From NCBI GenBank assembly GCA_965644295.1, contig CBFFRP010000287.1, forward strand, positions 62,001-126,000: DNA of 64,000 bases. The letters run 5' to 3'. The position numbers and the translations under genes were made by a program. Of the stretch, positions 11,399 to 24,200 are shown piece by piece (the stretch's first letter is position 1; each line of letters starts with the position of its first letter). The notes beneath the pieces were generated by a model. It was not told the origin of the DNA and searched no databases. It saw only the letters and a list, made by a program, of their open reading frames with translations. The DNA comes from Paraphysomonas bandaiensis. Taxonomy: Eukaryota; Protista; Chrysophyceae.

Positions 11399-12737
11399 CT
11401 GTAAACTGTAAACTCCTGTATATCTACTTTCGATGTATTTTGAGTGGGTAAACTTTAACAACTGAACGCTGAACTCACTCAATAACTAATTAATAAAATA
11501 TTATACAGTTTCTCCAGCATAATTTATATTATATAATTCATTCATGTATCTTCAGTTTAAAACAACTTTAGTCTTAAACTAACGGTCATAGTCACAGCGT
11601 ACTACTAGTAAGGCAATAGCAGTGTATTCTATATATACCGCCATCTTGATATCCATTATTCTCAGCAATTTTATTGCTTACAAATACGCAAACTCAACAC
11701 TTCCTATCCTTTTCTTGAAGCTTCTAAATTACACGAATAAAAATTGCGTTGTTAACCAAATCATTTACAGCTCTTGTATATGGTATATTGTTGACACTTA
11801 TTCTGCAGTACGCTTACAAGGATTCAAAATGTAGGCCTCAGACTACTACCAAAAAACTAGATTTCAGATAGTACTCTCAGTTAAAATATTACACCCTGGA
11901 TATAGCCATACTTACAGTGATAAATAATAATACAAAACAAATTAAGTATTTTTAGGAAAATATATCATTAAGGATCATCTTATACAAAACTAAGCAACAT
12001 TAAACTATCAATTTGTAGTAAATATATTTTTAGGAATGTTCCACGACTCGTCGTCAACGAAAACTTTCTTGCAACTTTTTTATATAAACTTTTATTTTAT
12101 TGTGATTTTCATGTCATGAGATTAAAAAAATCATACGGCTGCATAAGGATGTATTATATGAATTATATCTCTGTATACATGCATATAATGTCCAAACGAC
12201 AAAGCAATGAAACAATTCTAGGGGTCAAACTTTTCAGTGTTTACACACCATTATCATCATCTTCTGGCTTCACAGTGTGAGCAGAGTAGAAATAGTCTAC
12301 TATACTACAGCATGTATGATAATTGATTATGCCATCCACATAAAAAGTTTGTAATTGATGCACGTGTCCATTCTCTTTAGCCATTTGTCCAGATCTTCTT
12401 TGTACTTGTTTCGGACAGCTATCGGTCTCAGTAGACGCTCCTTCAGGCCCAGATGATTTCCACTTTTTTAGCACCAACCATACCTTTAATCTCTTTGTCC
12501 AGTTTACCACACCACACTGATAGAAGCTGTTCCAGTCCGAGTTGAAACTACTATCCAATAGCATATCAACATTTGACGTATGAACTATGAACAATGTACC
12601 TATAGGAATACTATAGGCTGTTGAACTATATCCTATATCGGTACTAAACTCGTTTAGATTGTTTCCTTATTCCATACAGATTATTAGCTACTAGGAGTTC
12701 GGCGATTAAAAATGTAATTAAAATATACTATTAACAA

Positions 12738-13658
12738 TTAATTATGACTAAATAATACATTCCTGATGATACCCACGTGTGCCCCTTTGCTAACACATTT
12801 ATTAACAAACCAGTAATCAGCATCATGCCAGTGCTGCGGCTCAGTCGGACTGGGCAGAGATGACACAAAGCTTATACTATACTTCTGAAGAAACTGAACA
12901 CCGAAGAGAGCGCAACCTAAATCCATTTTACCATTCTCTACCTCTACAGGCATATACGAATCTCTATGTAACATGTCTGTCAAAACAATATCGCTGTTAG
13001 TGCTCTGAATATAATTTACAGTTTTCTCCATAAAATGGGGAGAATAGGAGTTATCGGCATTCGTAACTACTACATACTGGCATAATTTACATGTACTGAG
13101 CAAGTAGGCAAGTGCCTTATCCGTCAATATATAATGGAGGGGGCTGTTGACTGCACAATAGCGCTCCAAAGCTTGTGCACTCCAGTTTTCTTTGAGTTTT
13201 CTATCATACCATTCTGGTGTGCACAACGGTTGCAGAACACAGCAGTATGAGTCATATATGTCTTGGGAAAAATCCATGAATAAAAGCGATACTTTTCTAT
13301 TTGTGTCAACGTTATTTCCCCAGTGTTTTTGCAGTTTCTCCTTGAGTAATTTTATTGACTGGAATTCAGTAGGTACGATAACTGCCACTATATTGCTGTC
13401 AAAATATTGTGCCTCCAATGCCCATAGTAGAGACATCAAGGAGTCGGAATAATCTTCGTGTGATCGTATGATTACACCAACAGTTCCATTCTTCATTTTC
13501 AAAGAGTGTTCATAGCCTTGAGAATCAACAGAGTAATAACTACGAGCCTGAGTACGTAACGACATATCCTGCTTAGAGAATACAGCAGGGAGCGAGAATG
13601 ATATTAAGACTGTCAATAAAATCATCATTACGAAATACATAATGAACTTCATGATCAA
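12738..13658 (-). CDS. Putative GT-A/GT2-like glycosyltransferase, type II membrane or secreted
   Basis: N-terminal hydrophobic anchor, VGVIIRSH strand, YVVVTNADNSY (DxD-like), MDLGCALF and HDADYWF; C-terminal HN. Confidence 0.6.
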   Translation of the reverse strand: MIMKFIMYFVMMILLTVLISFSLPAVFSKQDMSLRTQARSYYSVDSQGYEHSLKMKNGTVGVIIRSHEDYSDSLMSLLWALEAQYFDSNIVAVIVPTEFQSIKLLKEKLQKHWGNNVDTNRKVSLLFMDFSQDIYDSYCCVLQPLCTPEWYDRKLKENWSAQALERYCAVNSPLHYILTDKALAYLLSTCKLCQYVVVTNADNSYSPHFMEKTVNYIQSTNSDIVLTDMLHRDSYMPVEVENGKMDLGCALFGVQFLQKYSISFVSSLPSPTEPQHWHDADYWFVNKCVSKGAHVGIIRNVLFSHN

Positions 13659-14225
13659 TCTTTAGCTATTGATAGCACTATATCCGTGCGCAATAGAACT
13701 TCATTCTGTTCAATGGATACAGGAGGCAAGTAAAGATAGTTTCAATATTAATCTTTCGTGTGTGATATAACTTCCAATTCTTTCTAATTAGAGTAACTTA
13801 ACTCACTCTCTTGGTAGTTGGTGCAGAGTGTGGAGGCAGTACACCAGGCTCAGTGTGTTGCAATGTTCCATCAAGTCCACGAGAGAGCCGCTGTATGTGA
13901 TATACACGGCGGTATAATAGTTCTACAGTAACAGTACGCTACTTTTGTTGGTGTCGGGTATGCTGAAAATACGAAAGAATACGTCTCTAACTACATATTT
14001 AGTCGTTGGTTTCAGCTGTTGACGTTTTGATAGTGTACTCATTGGAGGCACATGACAAGTATAGTACTCGACCTCTCTTCTAGTAATATCTCTCTCATTG
14101 CCGCTGACTAGCTTCATCCACGCGATAAAGAATTGTTAACGATAATCTGAGTCTTGGTTGAAGCACATCTATTGTCATTTCGTCTCCACCTCTATTCGCT
14201 GCAAATATTGGTGATCGCTGTTGTC

Positions 14226-15756
14226 ATGAAAGCTGAAAAGTTAGCTCTCTCTATTGACCCTCATCATCCTAACCCTAAGAGTGACACTGGAAAAGTGACT
14301 AATGGATCACAATGCAGTTCTGGTAGTTTAGGTTTGTGTCTATTTTTCCATTTAGCGAATATGTATTAAGTACGTTGCAGACGACTTTCCACTTGGAAGT
14401 GCCCCCCTCCTCCAAAGTGGGGAATACCACACTGAGCACAAATCACAAAGAGGAAAATGGGCTGTGGAAGAGGTATGTTGTATATTATTTTCTGTGGTTG
14501 TATTTACTTTGAGCTATTTACAAGGACAATATCCTGAGAGAGGCTGTGTCTATACATGGGGGTAAGAATTGGAAGAAAATATCTGAGTACCTTGAGGGAA
14601 AAACTGACGTTCAATGCCTTCACCGCTGGCAAAAAGTTCTCCGACCAGGATTAGTGAAAGGCCCTTGGACCAAGGAGGTGTGTAATTACCCGCAGTGCTA
14701 AGGAAATAGTCATTGCCCATTATGATAGGAGGACGAGCGCGTAACTAATTTGGTGAATAAGTATGGTGTAAAAAGTTGGTCGTTTATTGCTCGACAATTA
14801 ACAGGACGGCTCGGTAAACAGTGTCGGGAGAGGTATGCGTACGTATTAATTTCTTTTACTAATATTGTACATGCGGTAGATGGTACAATCATTTAAGCCC
14901 CGACATCAACAAGAACCCATGGACGCCAGAAGAAGATAAGCTCATAATCGAGGTACGATGTGTACCATTTCTAATATTTTGCCTTATGCTATCACAGGAA
15001 CATGGAGTCAAGGGAAATCGTTGGGCTGAAATTGCGAAACTACTTCCCGGGCGTACGGATAATGCCATCAAGAACAGATGGAACGCGACCCTGAAACGCA
15101 CAACCCAGACTGAAGTAAACTCATCAGAAGCTGGAGGACCCGAAACTCCAAAGAAGCCAGTGACAAAGAAAAGAACTCGAAGCTCAAGAGTCAGTGGAAC
15201 TCGTGTCAAAGATTCATATAGCCAGAGCAAATCTGGTGATCAGTCGCCAGCAAAATTTCTTGGTGACATTTTACCTACTCCGAATATTCAGAAAGACAGC
15301 AGTAAACATGAAAGATATAGCTTCAGTGTTCCTTCTGATGGCAGCTCAATGGAGGCTCTTTGCATTGCTGCTACAATGGTTGCCGAACAAATTGCTGGCG
15401 AGAGTGAAAACAAAAAAGAGAAGCAGGAATGCGATACTCAAGAGACTGTAGATGACATAGCTGCATCACCTGGTATACTTCGCCGCCATTCTGGTCGAAG
15501 CAAACTGGAAATGTGCAATTTCCCGAAGAAGCGCGACCGAAGAACTCTCGATAATTTGAGAGCAGAAGACCAATCTCAAAACGCTACGACACCGAAGCGC
15601 CGTTGTTTAGAAAATTCAACAAAAGAGGTGTGGAGTGCTGGTCCGTTGTCAACAAGAACTGCCTTTCAGTCGTCAACATCTTGTATTTCGCCTATAAAGT
15701 TATCTCATTCTATTGCATCGGAGTACGCACGAATAACGCACCCCATGGGGTGCTAA
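14226..15756 (+). CDS. MYB3R: R1R2R3 (3R) MYB transcription factor, spliced
   Basis: Short exons give [88 protein letters not shown]. Confidence 0.92.
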
Positions 15757-17221
15757 AGAACAAAATCAGAAAGCCAATAAGTAAACAAGATATCCGCGTA
15801 CTGATGGAGATGCATGAGCATTATCTATTTCAGTTTGTATTGTGATAACGGTTTCAAGCGTACAGTGCCATGCATGATAGTGTGCGTAATATGTAATAAA
15901 ATATGTTGTTGGTTAGAGAGTGGTTATTTACACAGAGATACAACCTCGTAGCTACCACTAGCCAAGTATATATAGAATTAAGTGTTTTTAAGATATAGTG
16001 TCTCCTCTATACTATGCAGAAACTGGAAACAACATTAAGCAATGTTCATGCAACTCTATAGCTACTTTTTAACAACTTAAATTATTAGCAGTTAGACATC
16101 TGCAACTAGATTCACCCATTGATGTTGGTACATCCGACTGAATTAGCGACAATGAAAGTGAAGGAACTAATTCCGCACAGCGTGTTCTGGACAGCGCCGA
16201 GGTTACCAAGAGAGCTCGATTTAGTACCCATGAGTCCAACTACCGCAGCTTGCTTCATATCGAAGCATAATCTAGTGTGGTTGAGAGGCTCTTTAGTCGT
16301 ACAAAGTTGATTACGATACCTGAGCGTAGAAACATGAATTCATATCGACTAGAATCGTTGTCATTCCTACGTGCCAATTACATGTAGTGGGATGTTATCA
16401 CCCTCCATGAAGCCCTACAAGAAGATCCTGATGTACCAGTCGAGAGCGACAAGAATGATGATGTGTAGTTACAATTCGTAGACTGTTACTTAACTAAATT
16501 AGTAATTAAGGGATCCCACATTATCTATTATGAGCGGTATTATTTACTTTGATATTAATGGCCATTATAATTGCCGGGTACTGGACTCTGGACTATCAGT
16601 AATGGGCCTTTAATGCTTACCAAGCCCTGCTACGCTGGCAAGAAAAGACTACCTACTGCTTTAGCTAATCACAACTTTCCTCATACTTACCCTCTGAGCT
16701 ATCATCGGTAACGTCATCATCACTGAATTTATTCAAAATTAATTGAAGTATGAATGCATCAGGCTTTCAGAAACAACATCATATAAAGTGTAGAGTATAT
16801 ACTATTGAGATTATAAGTTTACGGCATTCATAGAGATTCCCAGTGCCGTGATATCGGAATTCTGTCGGGTGGTAGAAATTTTATCAGTCACTTTACTATC
16901 CGGTAGGCTTTTGACTATTGATACGGGATCTTTTACGTACAACCACTGACGTCGGCTATTAACAAGGCTAAGCTATATGAGCGATAAAGTCGACTGAGCT
17001 GCTACTACGTACCATAATATTGAGTTCAAGCAGCAAAAATATCTTCATAAAGTATGTCTTATTAGTTACAACCCTATTCTAAACTTTCAACGTAAGTCGT
17101 ATAATTTCATCACACAAGCTCTTACAAGTACAAACTCATATCAATATTTGTACAAATGAATGCACAGGCAAAAATAGACTTAGTTGTTAATTACACTAAA
17201 TTCTACTGGATGTGTGGTACT

Positions 17222-17485
17222 TTACAAACCCCAATTTTCCGGGTTACGCTTGGCATCGTACATTGTTAGCTCGGTAACGAGAGATCCCATAAAGATCCCT
17301 GCCATTATAGGCAATGCTGACTTTCCACTCACCCCTACATTCTTTCTAAATCCAGGATGCTTCATGTGCGCCACATAGACCAGTAATCCCATACTGACAA
17401 AAGACGTAAGGGCTGCAGATAATCCGCGGTCAATTGACATTGTCATGATTTGATTCTGTCTTCTCTTCTCTTCCTCACTTTGCAT
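17222..17485 (-). CDS. Small two-TM protein, ENOD93/HIG1-Rcf2-like
   Basis: 87 aa from MQSEEEK; two hydrophobic helices around the motif PGFRKNVGVSGKSAL. Confidence 0.55.
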   Translation of the reverse strand: MQSEEEKRRQNQIMTMSIDRGLSAALTSFVSMGLLVYVAHMKHPGFRKNVGVSGKSALPIMAGIFMGSLVTELTMYDAKRNPENWGL

Positions 17486-17707
17486 TCTTGATCGTGTGCT
17501 AATACAGTTGGTATCTAGGGTGTGCTTATCATGATATGGTAGTACGCACAAACGAACGTTGACAGCCTATTGCTTTGTATAATATATGCATAAATGTTTG
17601 AGTGAAAAAGAAAAGCAGAATCATGATATTCTCACATCACACCCACACCTCACCAGCGCAATACATGCGAATACGGCATGGGTATACTCCTCTGGCAAAA
17701 AAGGAAA

Positions 17708-17781
17708 TGCTCAATCGGGGGCTCGAACCCAGGACCTTAGGTTTATTAGACCTACGCTCTGACCAACTGAGCTAATCGAGC
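17708..17781 (-). tRNA. trnI-AAT: tRNA-Ile (AAT)
   Basis: Cloverleaf with acceptor gctcgat/attgagc, anticodon arm taggt-ctAATaa-accta and TTCGA T-loop; T-run downstream. Confidence 0.95.
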
Positions 17782-18135
17782 ACTTGACGAAATATTAAAA
17801 GAAAATTACATAATAAATAGTATACATATTTGCATGCCATTGTACAATTGGAAAAACCGAGGGGATATAAGAAGGCCACTAAAATATAGTGTGACAAACG
17901 ACTAAACGACGCAAAAAAATGTCTTCCTGAGCATGAAAAGCAGGAAATATAGGAGGACAAAAGACAGAAACCTAACACAAAAACAATTTTGCTTAAAAAA
18001 ATGTCTTTTCTCCTTTTGTACAGATGGTGTAATAATATAATATATAAGAGTGATACCAGTCGTGCCAATCAATCCCCTTACCATGTAAAATGTATGTACT
18101 ACATATTATACACTATTTCCGTTGCGAAACTGTGT

Positions 18136-18209
18136 GCTCGATTAGCTCAGTTGGTCAGAGCGTAGGTCTAATAAACCTAAGGTCCTGGGTTCGAGCCCCC
18201 GATTGAGCA
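18136..18209 (+). tRNA. trnI-AAT: tRNA-Ile (AAT)
   Basis: Identical 74-nt copy with a downstream T-run. Confidence 0.95.
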
Positions 18210-18301
18210 CTCTTTTTATTTCTGTTTTCTATAGATTTGCTCTTTCGTAGATTGTATGTATACTATCTATTACATAATTTTTATATAATATTTCGTCAAG
18301 T

Positions 18302-18375
18302 GCTCGATTAGCTCAGTTGGTCAGAGCGTAGGTCTAATAAACCTAAGGTCCTGGGTTCGAGCCCCCGATTGAGCA
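18302..18375 (+). tRNA. trnI-AAT: tRNA-Ile (AAT)
   Basis: Identical 74-nt copy with an oligo-T Pol III terminator. Confidence 0.95.
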
Positions 18376-18681
18376 TTTCTTTTTTTCGCAAATATCGCTA
18401 TTGTATTATTTTGTATAAATACCGCGGTGTATTCTGATGTAAATATATAGCGATGTGTTCAATAATGGTGTGGTTGTTTTAAAATAGGTCGTCGGTTGAC
18501 AGCCACTTGTATTATTTTAATACACTTAGAAGCGGCTGCAGTGTAATTGCAATACACTTTCTCATTAGCTCCTTTGTATCTCACGTCTATTTCATTGCAG
18601 TACATATCGCTGTATTGTGTGTCAGCTTCTCACCTCACTTTGATTAGCGAATATCCAGCAGCACCTTATACAGTTGTGAAT

Positions 18682-20118
18682 ATGGCTAACAACGAACGTG
18701 GCCTGCAGAACAAAGCCTCCGGTACTTTTACCGAGATATTTATTACGTGTTTTTGACCCATGTTTCAGATACTTCCAGACAATTTTGGGAGGGAGGAGAA
18801 TTTCCTATGGTACTGCGTATTTCTTTAATCATGAATATTACAGAAGAATTGTTTATGTTTGTGAAATACATACCCACTGTTGATATATTCTTTTATTTCA
18901 ATCATTTTTACACTGATTGTAGCTCTGCGAAAGTTGTTTGGGAGACAATCCTTACCTCAGAATGCAAAAGCAAACCTTTGGTGGCAATTGCAAAATGTGC
19001 GACCGACCTTTTACTATTTTCCGCTGGTAGGTTACATATGTAGACTGTATGGCAAACTCACTTAGTAGTAACATCAATTCCCATTTATTTCGTGCAATGG
19101 AAGGCCTGCTATTTCCCACCATTGTAGACTTCCGCGTATTTGCTTGCTATACATATATTTGCATTCTCTTCGTAAGTTCAGTTTATATAACCAGGCGCCC
19201 TGGACGAGGAGAAGGTTACCGTAAAACTGAAGTTTGCCAAACATGTTCGAAAATCAAGAATCTCTGCCAAACGTGTATACTGGACTTACAGTTTGGTATG
19301 TATGAATGTGTAATGATATCCAGTAACTATTCCAGAGTGTGGTCTTTGTAATTTCAAACCGTGATTTGCTGGTGTTCTTACTAGCATCTCTTGTCTGTAG
19401 GCCTTCCATCTCAGCTGCGTGATGCGGTTCTGTCTCAAACAGATGGCACACTTGTAGTCCCCGAGAGTGATGCTAACAGAGAATACTTCGCACAGCAGCA
19501 TAATCAGCAATTGGCAGCCGGAAATGATCCCTGGCAGTCAGGGGAAACTCCCAATGAAAAGCTCCTCAAAATTGTGCGGTCTATTGGAGAAGATCGAGAC
19601 GTAGGGAGCCGAGTAAAGCTTTCTGTGGTGGCGGGAAAGAGACATCACGAGTAGGGAACTTATCTGTTCTGTATTTCACATTGCACAGTTTACCTTGCAG
19701 ATAAGACAATGCCATTAAGGGTGCTATGATGTCATATTCAATATACGCGTATATAGTCACATAGTGTACTGTTTTGTTATATGCTTTTGACGTTGTATAT
19801 ATTACTCTGTGTAGTGATGTGAACAACTATGCCCGGACTGCTGAGGGGGGGGACGAGAGCAGGGAGAACAACCCTACAGAACGGCAACAGTCTGACTCAT
19901 CTGCTAATGATACTGACATCATGCCACCACCAGGAATGACTATCGAGGACGTAAAAAAGTTAGGGTTACCCAGTTCATCTTCAGCATCATCTAGTTCGAG
20001 TGGAAAGCCAAAACCAAAACCACCGAAGCCCGCTGGGCCACCTCCAGAATGGGCTTTTAAACAAAAGAAACAAAAAACTGGAGATGTTAAAACAGATGTG
20101 GTCCCAGAGAACGCATAA
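18682..20118 (+). CDS. RBM22: RBM22/Slt11(Ecm2)-like splicing factor, N-terminal Zn domain only
   Basis: Spliced exons give WEGGEFPM|[27 protein letters not shown]|[30 protein letters not shown]|LPSQLRD, then a low-complexity Pro-rich tail. Confidence 0.8.
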
Positions 20119-21299
20119 GGGTAGATGCAAAATAGCCCTTTATATCAGTAATAGTATGGGGTTTCAATTTTATAGATGATATTTTGATAGTGGTGTGAGA
20201 GTAGTGTTGAAATGTTTTCTTCATATACTTATTCAGTAAAACTGATGCTTGGCTAATGTAGCTACTAAGAAAAATAACAATGATATAATCCTAGGAACAG
20301 TATTTTCTCAGAGAAAAGAAAAACGACTACAAGTGAGCTATTATACGCTTGCACATGTCGTGTACCGCCTGGATACATGATATTTAATTTTTTGTGCTCA
20401 ATATTGATCATAAGCGAACTAGAGAGTAAAGTATATTTTCTTGGTAGTGTGCTTTCGTATAATAATTAATTAATAGTATCACAAGAGTTATTCATATAAG
20501 TTGCGTTGGTTGCATAAGTTGCGTTCTTACGCTTTCTGTCTTGTGGGTGAGAAGTTGAGAGTGCTTTAAGATTCATTTAAGCACTTCATGCTAAGATAAA
20601 CAATAATAATTCCAGCAGTCTACATGTCACAAAAATGTTTCATTAGCATTATAGGCACTCTATAATGCTACGTAAAACAATGCAAATAATTGCATGAAAA
20701 GTTGCACTGCCAAAAGTTTCATTAAATCCTTGCAACTCTCAGAAGTACAAGTTGTTTCCCTTTACTGGACTCGATTCATACTTATAGCTCCTGTATTTCC
20801 AATATTTCTCGTTTGCACGAAGAATTTGATACTAGAATGGAACTCCCTCTATTTCGTGAAGGACTTTATCGCCGCTCTCTTTCCTTCAGCTCATTTTATC
20901 ACTTTCTACATATCCTGGGTAACATTCTTGGTACATCTTCGATGACCATTTTGTCCTCTTTAAAAGCTTGTGTGTATACTGCTGTATGTCCCCTCACTCC
21001 TCGTATGTCTGTACGTTGGAAATATCACCCTTTTTTCGTTGTTAGTGAAATATATTACTATAAAAAACTCGAGTTTTCGCCTGGTCGATATCTTCCAGTA
21101 TACAGCATAATAGGAGGAATATACAGCAGTCCTTGACACTTGGAATACAGTGATTCTTGTGGTATACTGCACTGTACATATGTAACTATCATCTTCTGTG
21201 GATTTCAATTTCTTCAATACAATACTGAAATAGAATAGACAAGGAAAGAGTGTTTCCAATCAATGAGAAGATAAATTGAACATGGACCGCGCTCATGAA

Positions 21300-24200
21300 A
21301 TGCCTAACTTCGATCGAGTACGTGAGAATTTCTTGAAAAGAGTAGAGAGCGGGCTGGCGTCTCGCAATATGTCAGCCTCTCATAATCACACCTCACGAGC
21401 TAAAAATTTATTCGTTATGGTAAATATAATGAATGAATATATCATTATGATAATGTCATATTTCTCTATTAGAGTGTGATGAGTCTGGGGTATTTATCGA
21501 CAGATATAGATAGGGAGATCTTTCAGTATGCGTCGAGGTTTGGACCGGAGTTGGATGGATTGGAGACTACCCTGGAGTTTATGGAGTACTTATTTGAGCA
21601 TCTTAATGAGGTATGAGCTCAATAGCATTGATTGTGCGATTTTGATTATAAAGACTATGTGCTTCATGCCACACTTCTTAAGTTTCCATACATTTTCACG
21701 GTTTATCGAACTGATGCAGGAGCACCCTTCAAACCCTACTAATTTCCCGTGCCTGAATCCCAAGAGCGAGAAACCTTTTGACTGGCCGTTGGTGGATATG
21801 GCGGACTATGAGTTTGGGTCATCTGCAACTACGGAAAGAAGAGATATGAAATGTGTCGTTGTGGTTACAGGATTGCCACCTCTGCATACGAAATGGTAAC
21901 TTGTTGGTGTGTGTGCTTGGTGACTGGTAATCTTGATTCTACAATGGTTTTTACTATGTGTAGTATGTACACTTCATTAAATAAGTGTTACCATTATATT
22001 TACGTTTCTATTTTAGGGTCAGTCGTATGAAGGATTTCATTTCTCATCTTTTCCTTCGTAATATCGGACAGGTAATGCGAAGCATTATAAGCCGTACGAA
22101 TGCTTATTAGCGGTCTGAGGCGGTTCTCCACTGCACGCTTAAGATAATTACTCCTTGTATTGTAGGTCAAGTCAGTGTGCCTTCCTCTTGATTCTAGTGT
22201 GAGACGTGTGAAGGGCATCGGCTTCATAGAGATGGCCACAGTATCCCAGGCGTGGCACGTCTACGAGGCATTAGATCATTTCTGTTGGCCGCTTGGGTGT
22301 GGAAAAGCAACGACTGTTTTGCAGGCGGTGAACTGCACTGACAGCAATATGCATGCATTGTAAGTGGATATTGAAGTAGATGTCGAGCACGGTTCGAATA
22401 CTCAATTGGTTGTTATCATATGGAGTATTACGCTTTCTTTTATGTATTTCCTTTTTTATGTACCCATCCAATTGGCTATCGAGTATGTAGTTGTAGCGTT
22501 TATATTGTTGTGTAGCAACGACATCAGGGTATGGTTTGACTGAATATGATGTGTGCAGGTGGAAAGTACAGATGTTTAAGAACTATGGCCGCACAGAGTT
22601 ACGGCCATCTCAATTTTTGGCTAACACAGTCAGTACTACCATGAATCAGCGTCCTAAACCACGTAACTCCTCGAAAAAACGGACTAAAGATGGAGTTGGC
22701 GGGTCGTTACAATCACTGTCCCCTGGTAACTCAAGACCAGGTAATAGTCATGTATTGCTGAGTTGTGTGTCTGACCTCATAAGTATCCGTGGTGTGTATG
22801 ATTCATGTGTTATGTCATACAGATAGAGATTGTCAGCGACTGCAAGTTCATATTGCAAGCCACCCACCGAATTGCGACCCGTCAACAGACAACATGGATG
22901 AAAGAGTCAACATTTCTGCATCACAACTATTACGCGCAGCACTCAAGTTTACAAAAGCCGAAAATTTGTCTGACAACAATGTGGTAAGTATGAAAAATAA
23001 ATGGTTGTCACGTCGAAGATTGTGTATCTTTTGTGATAAGACAGCAGCGCAGTGTATGTATGACATGCGATTTGTATGAAGTTAATTGTACAGAGTGGCG
23101 TTGTGATTGATGAATGTTCGCAGTGTATCTCCAGTGATAGATATCAACATGTCGGCGTGTCTAATGTCGAGGTCACGAAATCAGAACAAGTAGAAGACAC
23201 TGATATGGTCAACATGGGGCATCTTGAGCGGTCATTACAATCTTCCGATTCAAATTCAAGTGTAGACAGCGAGACTGAGTCAGACAATGTGTCCCAAAAC
23301 TACTCTGCACCTATTGGAATAAGTCACGAAGTAGGAACGACTAGAAGTCAAGGTGAAAAGTTGAAAGGACGATATGTGTCTCTTCAAGAGACGAACAGTG
23401 ATGACAATGATGAAGTGCGAGAATTTGGTAAGATATACATTTGGCGCATAGTCTGGTAGCCACCCGGACAGTGAGTAATCTATGTTATGATTGCTACATG
23501 TATGTACTCATAGGTTCCATCTTACTAGAAACAGTGCGATGCGTATTTGATATGGCATTGCATGCGAAAGCAATACACACTACTCTAATAATATGGTATA
23601 GATGACAACGCCTATACAGCGGATGAATTTTACGTTGATAATGTCGAAGGGGATGACTCGAGTGTAGAAGGTAAACACTTGATACATTGATATGCACACT
23701 GCACACTGTTGACCTACCAATAACCGAAGCTGGTAGAGGATGTTGTGTATTTTAAACATGCTTATAGTATTGGATTTGTGTATGGTATTGGTTTTTCTTC
23801 GGTAGTTCGTACAAGATGATCTTTTTTTCGAAACTCTGATCAAATGTACTATATATTCCGAGTTTGATATGGTGATGTTTTACTGCTTCCTTGTAGAGAT
23901 TATGAGTGACAATAGCAAGCGCCAACTTGCGGATGAGCTTAAGCAGAAAGTGTCTGATCTGGTGCAGTCTATGAACACTCTTCGATCCAACTTAATTACG
24001 GCCATGGGCGGGGGATATATATGTCGTCGCCACAATGGAAGTTCAAGTTTTGATGAAGCATGGGTAAAAGCAGATGTACGTTCAGCTATTTTACATATTT
24101 AGTCGTCACGTATCATCTGTGTAATGGAACTACGTTTTAAAATAACCGTTTGATATCACATATGATGTGATACGTATGTCGAAAATAACGCATCTGCAGG

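Noticed and set aside
20780-21140. Coding-like minus-strand stretch with stops (similar at 12241-12594 and 16119-16460)
   Set aside because: Possibly decayed TE or pseudogene, but no recognisable motif to support a call.
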